DNA of 64,000 bases. It comes from the human T2T-CHM13v2.0 reference genome, Homo sapiens. This document shows, in pieces, positions 58,961 through 64,000 of the stretch (position 1 is its first letter; each line of letters opens with the position of its first letter). Location: NCBI RefSeq assembly GCF_009914755.1, contig NC_060929.1. One strand, given 5' to 3'. Made by a program: the position numbers and the translations under genes. Below the pieces are notes generated by a model that worked only from the letters and a program-made list of their open reading frames with translations, had not been told where the DNA came from and did no database searches.

Positions 58961-60679
58961 AAAATTGTCTACTTTAGCATCACTTTACTGAACTACCTAG
59001 GAGCTCCATGCTCCAACTTATTTCTTAGAAACTGTGAAATGAGAAAGTACTTTCATTAATACAAGTTCAAGTTTCATGAGCTCAAAGGAACTTTTGAATT
59101 CATAATAATCAAAAGCTACCCCAAGATGTTGTGGAGCTAGATTACTTAGGATTGAATCCTAGTTCTGCTAGTTATAAAATGTATGACTTTAGACAATTGA
59201 TATCTTCATTCATCTTCAGATTTAAGAGTATATAATACTATCTAGCTTATAGGTAAATTCCTATTTTGTGCAGTTTTAGCTAATGGGATATGGTTCAAAT
59301 AGCTGAAGTAAGTCATGTGATAGTTGGAACCCCTCGTTTTATAAATTTAATATTATTGGCATGATGCTTTAAAGAAGTTATGTAGAATTGCACAAAATCA
59401 TATAGTAAAATGAGATATTTTATAGCTCAGTATTCTCAACTGTAAGATATCAAATACTTTCTACTTATATTTAAGAAATAAAAATTGGATTTCATTTTTT
59501 TCACTTAAAGAACTACTTTATTTTTTCATGGAAATGTGTCTCACTTTAAAATAATTTAAGCAATTTAGTCTTTATAGTTTTTTTGTTTCTTCTGAAAGGG
59601 GCAATTAGATAAAAGGTAAAGAATATACTTTTTGTTCATACGCTGATTGTTTGAATTGATAGACACTAAAAATAAATTTTGTGTTTAATTCAGTTTATAT
59701 GAAATGGGTTATCCCAAATAAACATTTATGAATTTTGAAGGCACATAATAGTGATCTTGAGTTCTAACGATATGTATTAAATTAGCCATTTTCATCCAGC
59801 AATCTCTAGTGGGGATAATAAAAAGAATTGTAACAAACACTTAAGATGCTAAATTTTCCAAATATTAGAAATAGACACAAATATAAAACAACTCAATAGT
59901 TAAATAAAATATTTTCTGCTGGGTTTTATTTCATGCTTTTGATTCCCAGGTAAGATTTAAATTGATTCAGGAAAGTGATCACAAAATTATGTATATTTGA
60001 TTTGCTGACTTGGGAGACAAAAAACAAGAAAGTGAACAACAAAGAAGGGGAGAGAGAAAGGAAATGACAAAGACATACTAATGGCACTCTGGTTAGCAAT
60101 TTTGAAAAGGGTAACAGATTATTTGATCTTGATATAAACATCCTTCTATCATAAAGCAGATATGCAACTATGGTCACTGAGCTGGAATGCAAAGTTTTAT
60201 AGTCTGAAAGCAATTTATGCAACTAGTGTTTAAAAATACTGAAGTCATTTAGAAATGTAAACTGAAAAGCTTTTTAAACAGCATCTTTCTTATATGGAAT
60301 GAAAGGGATAGGAGCAACATACAAACTTTGACATTTGACTGCATTTATAATCCTGACACATTTGGTAAACATTTTGATAACATTAACTTCAAGCTTAAAG
60401 AAATGGCAAGGATATGTTCAAAACTTGGGTTTCTTAAATTTTATATCTGATCAGTTACATCCCTAACTTTTTACATCATCTTCCAAGAAGAAAATATCTG
60501 ATTAACCCAAGAATCAGTAGTTTCCATTAGCAGAGTTCTAAAATGTACAGCTTAAATATAGAGCAAATAAAGAATAGTTGTAATTGTGGTGTATATTTCA
60601 TTTGTTCATTCTCCTCAATTAAAGCAAACATATCCCATATATTATTTCAGTTATACCTATTTTATTAAAATATATTCTG

Positions 60680-60950
60680 TGAGATCATATTCGAGCTATT
60701 ATAGACATAAGAATTTAAAAAAACATGCTCACCTCTGTTTAAAAGCCCCTAGTCAGTGGAAGATACACACATAACAAATAATGGATTTCAGTTACCTATA
60801 ATAAATGCCATAATGGAAGTATTTAAGAGCCCTAGGAAAACACCTGGAAAGGAGAGGTAATTATTACCTTAGGAAATCTAACAAGACTCCTTTAGTAGAT
60901 AACAATTAGGCTGGCCTTTAATGGAAGGGTAGCTAGACAAGTAGCTATGG
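60680..60950. mobile_element. L2 remnant
   Basis: gacataagaatttaaaaaaacatgctcacctctgtttaaaagccctagtcagtggaagatac...ataaatgccataatggaagt. Confidence 0.5.
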
Positions 60951-61833
60951 GTGATCAGGAAAAAAAGTAGAAGAAAGGTACAACAGGAGATAATAGTGTA
61001 AACAAAACAGGGCATAGTCTTTAAACAAAAGATTGATTGGTCTGAGCCTCTTTATTCCTCTACAATTCAGTTTTTCTCTCCCTTTCTGGATATCATAATT
61101 CAGCAAACTGTTAAGCAGCCATCCAGCATTTTTGCCACACTTCTATGTTCATAGATAATTTCCTAAGACTAACGCCATATTGAAGGATTCAAGAAAATAT
61201 GACAGTAGCTTGATTCATCTTGGTGTAATACTAATCTTAAAAAACATATAAACAATCTATATGACAAATATTGCTTGATGCTTTTTAAAAATTTATATGG
61301 ACTTATGTGGTACATTGTAATAACACTGCAGCTAACAAAGTTGAGAGAATTCTTACTATGCAAATACTCAGGTCATTATTTGCATACATCTCGAAAAAGT
61401 TAAGTTCTTTCAATATAGTATATATACAAAATTAGCCAACAGGAATATTAATCATTGGACTATGTCTCATGCCAATATAGAAAAAGCCCCTAAACTAGCT
61501 ATCATGAAAATTACCGGAGTCATAGAATAGCCAGGCCTCAGAAAATCTGGGGACTGGCTAGTTTTTCAACATCCAAAGTAACCCTACCAACTATCTCCTC
61601 AGAATCAGAAACCTACCAATACCCATTTTGTTCATAGTTATCGGCTACTTTATTTGTTTCTTCACATTGTATATCTCCATCTTTGGCTTATATTGCTGCT
61701 ACCAAACCAATATCACTCTTTTCTGTAAAGGTGTTTTTGGCTTGTACTTATACACAGATTCTGTTTACTCCTGTCCACTGCTACTTCATGGTCTCTTTTT
61801 CCCTCTCATCACTATCTATTCCCACTACCAGGT

Positions 61834-62188
61834 TGTAGTAGTCTGTTCTCATGCTGCTAATAAAGACATACCCAAGACTGAGTAATTTATAAAGAAAAAG
61901 AGGTTTAATGGATTCACAGTTACACATGGCCAGGGAGGCCTCACAATCATGGCAGAAAGCAAAAGCCATCTTACATTGCACCAGGCAAGAGAGAGCATGT
62001 GCAGGGGAACTCTCCTTTAGAAAACCATCAGATCTTGTGAGACTTACTCACTATCAAAAGAACAGCATGGGAAAGACCTGTCCCCATGATTCAATTACCT
62101 CCTACCAAGTCCCTCTCATGACACATGGGAATTATGCGAGCTGCAATTCAAGATGAGATTTGGGTGGGGACACAGCCACGGCATATCA
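61834..62188 (-). mobile_element. THE1B/C-like MaLR solo LTR
   Basis: tgtagtagtctgttctcatgctgctaataaagacataccc...gatgagatttgggtggggacacagccacggcatatca. Confidence 0.92.
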
Positions 62189-63344
62189 CAAGCAAACGAC
62201 TTCTGGCTACTTACAGTTCAGATTGCTAAGAAAAAGAAGATGTGTAGTCCTTATGCAGTTTTTACACTGATAACTAACTGCTCTTGATTTACAGGCCAAA
62301 TCTAATGTAATCACATTTAACCACAGCGATGGCAGCCTTGTAACAATGTCATGTCAACTTACACAAAAGGAAATTCTGAGGCTAGGTGTAATGTACACGT
62401 ACTTTTCAGAATACTCAATTCTGTTACGAAACGTGAATAGGTCTACAGTTTGTAAAATATAAAAATTTTTCATGTTTTAAGTATTTAAAAACTAGCTTAT
62501 AAGCAAAGACCTTGTTAGACATAGGTAGAAATCATAGGCGGTATTAAATATAAGGGATTAGAATATAAATGTTGAACACAGAAAATAATGGACAGATCAG
62601 AAGATACATAATATTCATAAGGTCCTTGTGTACAAAAGATTTAGGATATACTAAATATTGAGAATGTAGTAAATATGCATGAAGCATATGAAACACTCAA
62701 TATTCTTGAGTAATTAGTTGGTCACCGATTGGAGACCCCCTCATTCTGGCCTCATATCACCCCTGCCCAAGAAATTCAAATGAAACTCAAAACTGTTCAG
62801 CAGGCTATTGACAAGCTACAGATCTGACAGGTACTGTCCCTGTGTTTCTCTCATAAGAGAAAGTTTATGTCATTGGCCTGGGCCACCTTCCATTTGTGGG
62901 CCCTCTTTCTCACATCTAAACTTACCAGTAACCACACCATCAGGGCGGAAGGTAGAAGAGAGAAAGGCAGGACATACGAACATAACATACCCCAAGATTC
63001 AGGAAATGTGGTCCTCTCACCCCACGTATGCTATCCTATATGTATTAACTACCTCTGTCTCTTTGCTCTTTCTTCCTGTTAGTGTTCTAAATATGATTCG
63101 AGAACATTCGTTTGTGAGCCTTTCTGTTCTGTGACCTCTGAGTTCACTTTCCTGGTACTTTACTTGGAGGTTACCATTGCATTAAGGTAATTTCCCACAT
63201 GACATTTGATTTTCCCAAGACTCATAAATAAGACATCTTTATTTTAGGTTTGTTGCTTAATATCACCCAAGTGGAGTATAAAAAGGATATAAAACAATAG
63301 TATACTAGAAACCAGAGGGAGAGCCTTGGAAAGAAGGGAATTTT

Positions 63345-63378
63345 ATTGCTCCTTGGCCTTTTGGCTAAGATCAAGTAT
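63345..63378 (+). pseudogene. 3'-truncated U2 snRNA retropseudogene (U2 nt ~1-34)
   Basis: attgctccttggccttttggctaagatcaagtat vs U2 5' end ATCGCTTCTCGGCCTTTTGGCTAAGATCAAGTGT (4 differences); flanked by aagaagggaa direct repeats; no poly(A). Confidence 0.88.
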
Positions 63379-63681
63379 AAGAAGGGAACTTAACGTTCAC
63401 CTCTTTGTATTCTTTTTAGTATGAAGTAAAAAAAATACCCTCATAGGGTTCTATGTTTAATAGCTAGTTGTATTTATGTTTTATATTTTGTTACTAAGAA
63501 TAATATAGCTTCTAATCAGGATCTTTCCATTATTGATTTAATGCAAATCCATCAGTATTTGCATTCTACAAAATATTATACCTCAGCTATATTATTACTC
63601 TAGTCAAATTTGCCTGAGAAACCCAATTGCTTTCACCATCCCAACATAGTAAAAATTGATATGATTGAAATTCATTTTGTC

Positions 63682-63925
63682 TTTTTTTTTTTTTTTGAGA
63701 TTGGTTCTCACTCCATCGCACAGACTAGAGTGCAGAGGCGTGATCACAGTCCATTCAGCCTCAACTTCTTGGGCTCGGGTGATTCTTTCATTTCAGCCTC
63801 CCATGTAGCTGGGACTACAAGCACTCAGCACTATACTCAGCTAATTTTCAAATTTTTTGTTGAGACTCAGGCTGGTCTCCAACTACTGGGCTCAAGCAGT
63901 CTGCTCACCTTAGCTCCTAAACTGC
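63682..63925 (-). mobile_element. AluJ, degenerate
   Basis: poly(T) then antisense Alu with J-type gatcacag...cagcctcaacttcttgggctc. Confidence 0.88.
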
Positions 63926-64000
63926 TGGAAGAAATTCATTTTATATCTTTGTAATTTTCATTGGTAACATTTGGAAGAAACAATAGTCCTTGTTCTATCA

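Overview
AT-rich, repeat-dense human genomic DNA (a near-consensus AluYa5 indicates human) with no supportable protein-coding gene. The supplied ORFs are short, chance or Alu/L1/LTR-derived. The main non-repeat landmark is an 86-nt minus-strand hairpin at 25760-25845 whose 5' arm (AUAGUGGUUGUGAAUUUACCUU) matches my recollection of hsa-miR-4460. That would place the window at 5q23.3 upstream of ADAMTS19 (from memory, needs checking). Manual translation also reveals a ~1.35 kb decayed class I endogenous retrovirus pro-pol remnant on the minus strand (10745-12095) that the ORF track only touches. Other notable items: a tailless U2 snRNA retrocopy with target-site duplication, two dispersed local duplications (one sits at an apparent L1 deletion junction, the other preserves the empty site of an Alu insertion), two perfect short hairpins, and weak candidate non-coding exons. 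I found no evidence for a new biological system. Repeat subfamily calls and most repeat boundaries are by eye and approximate.
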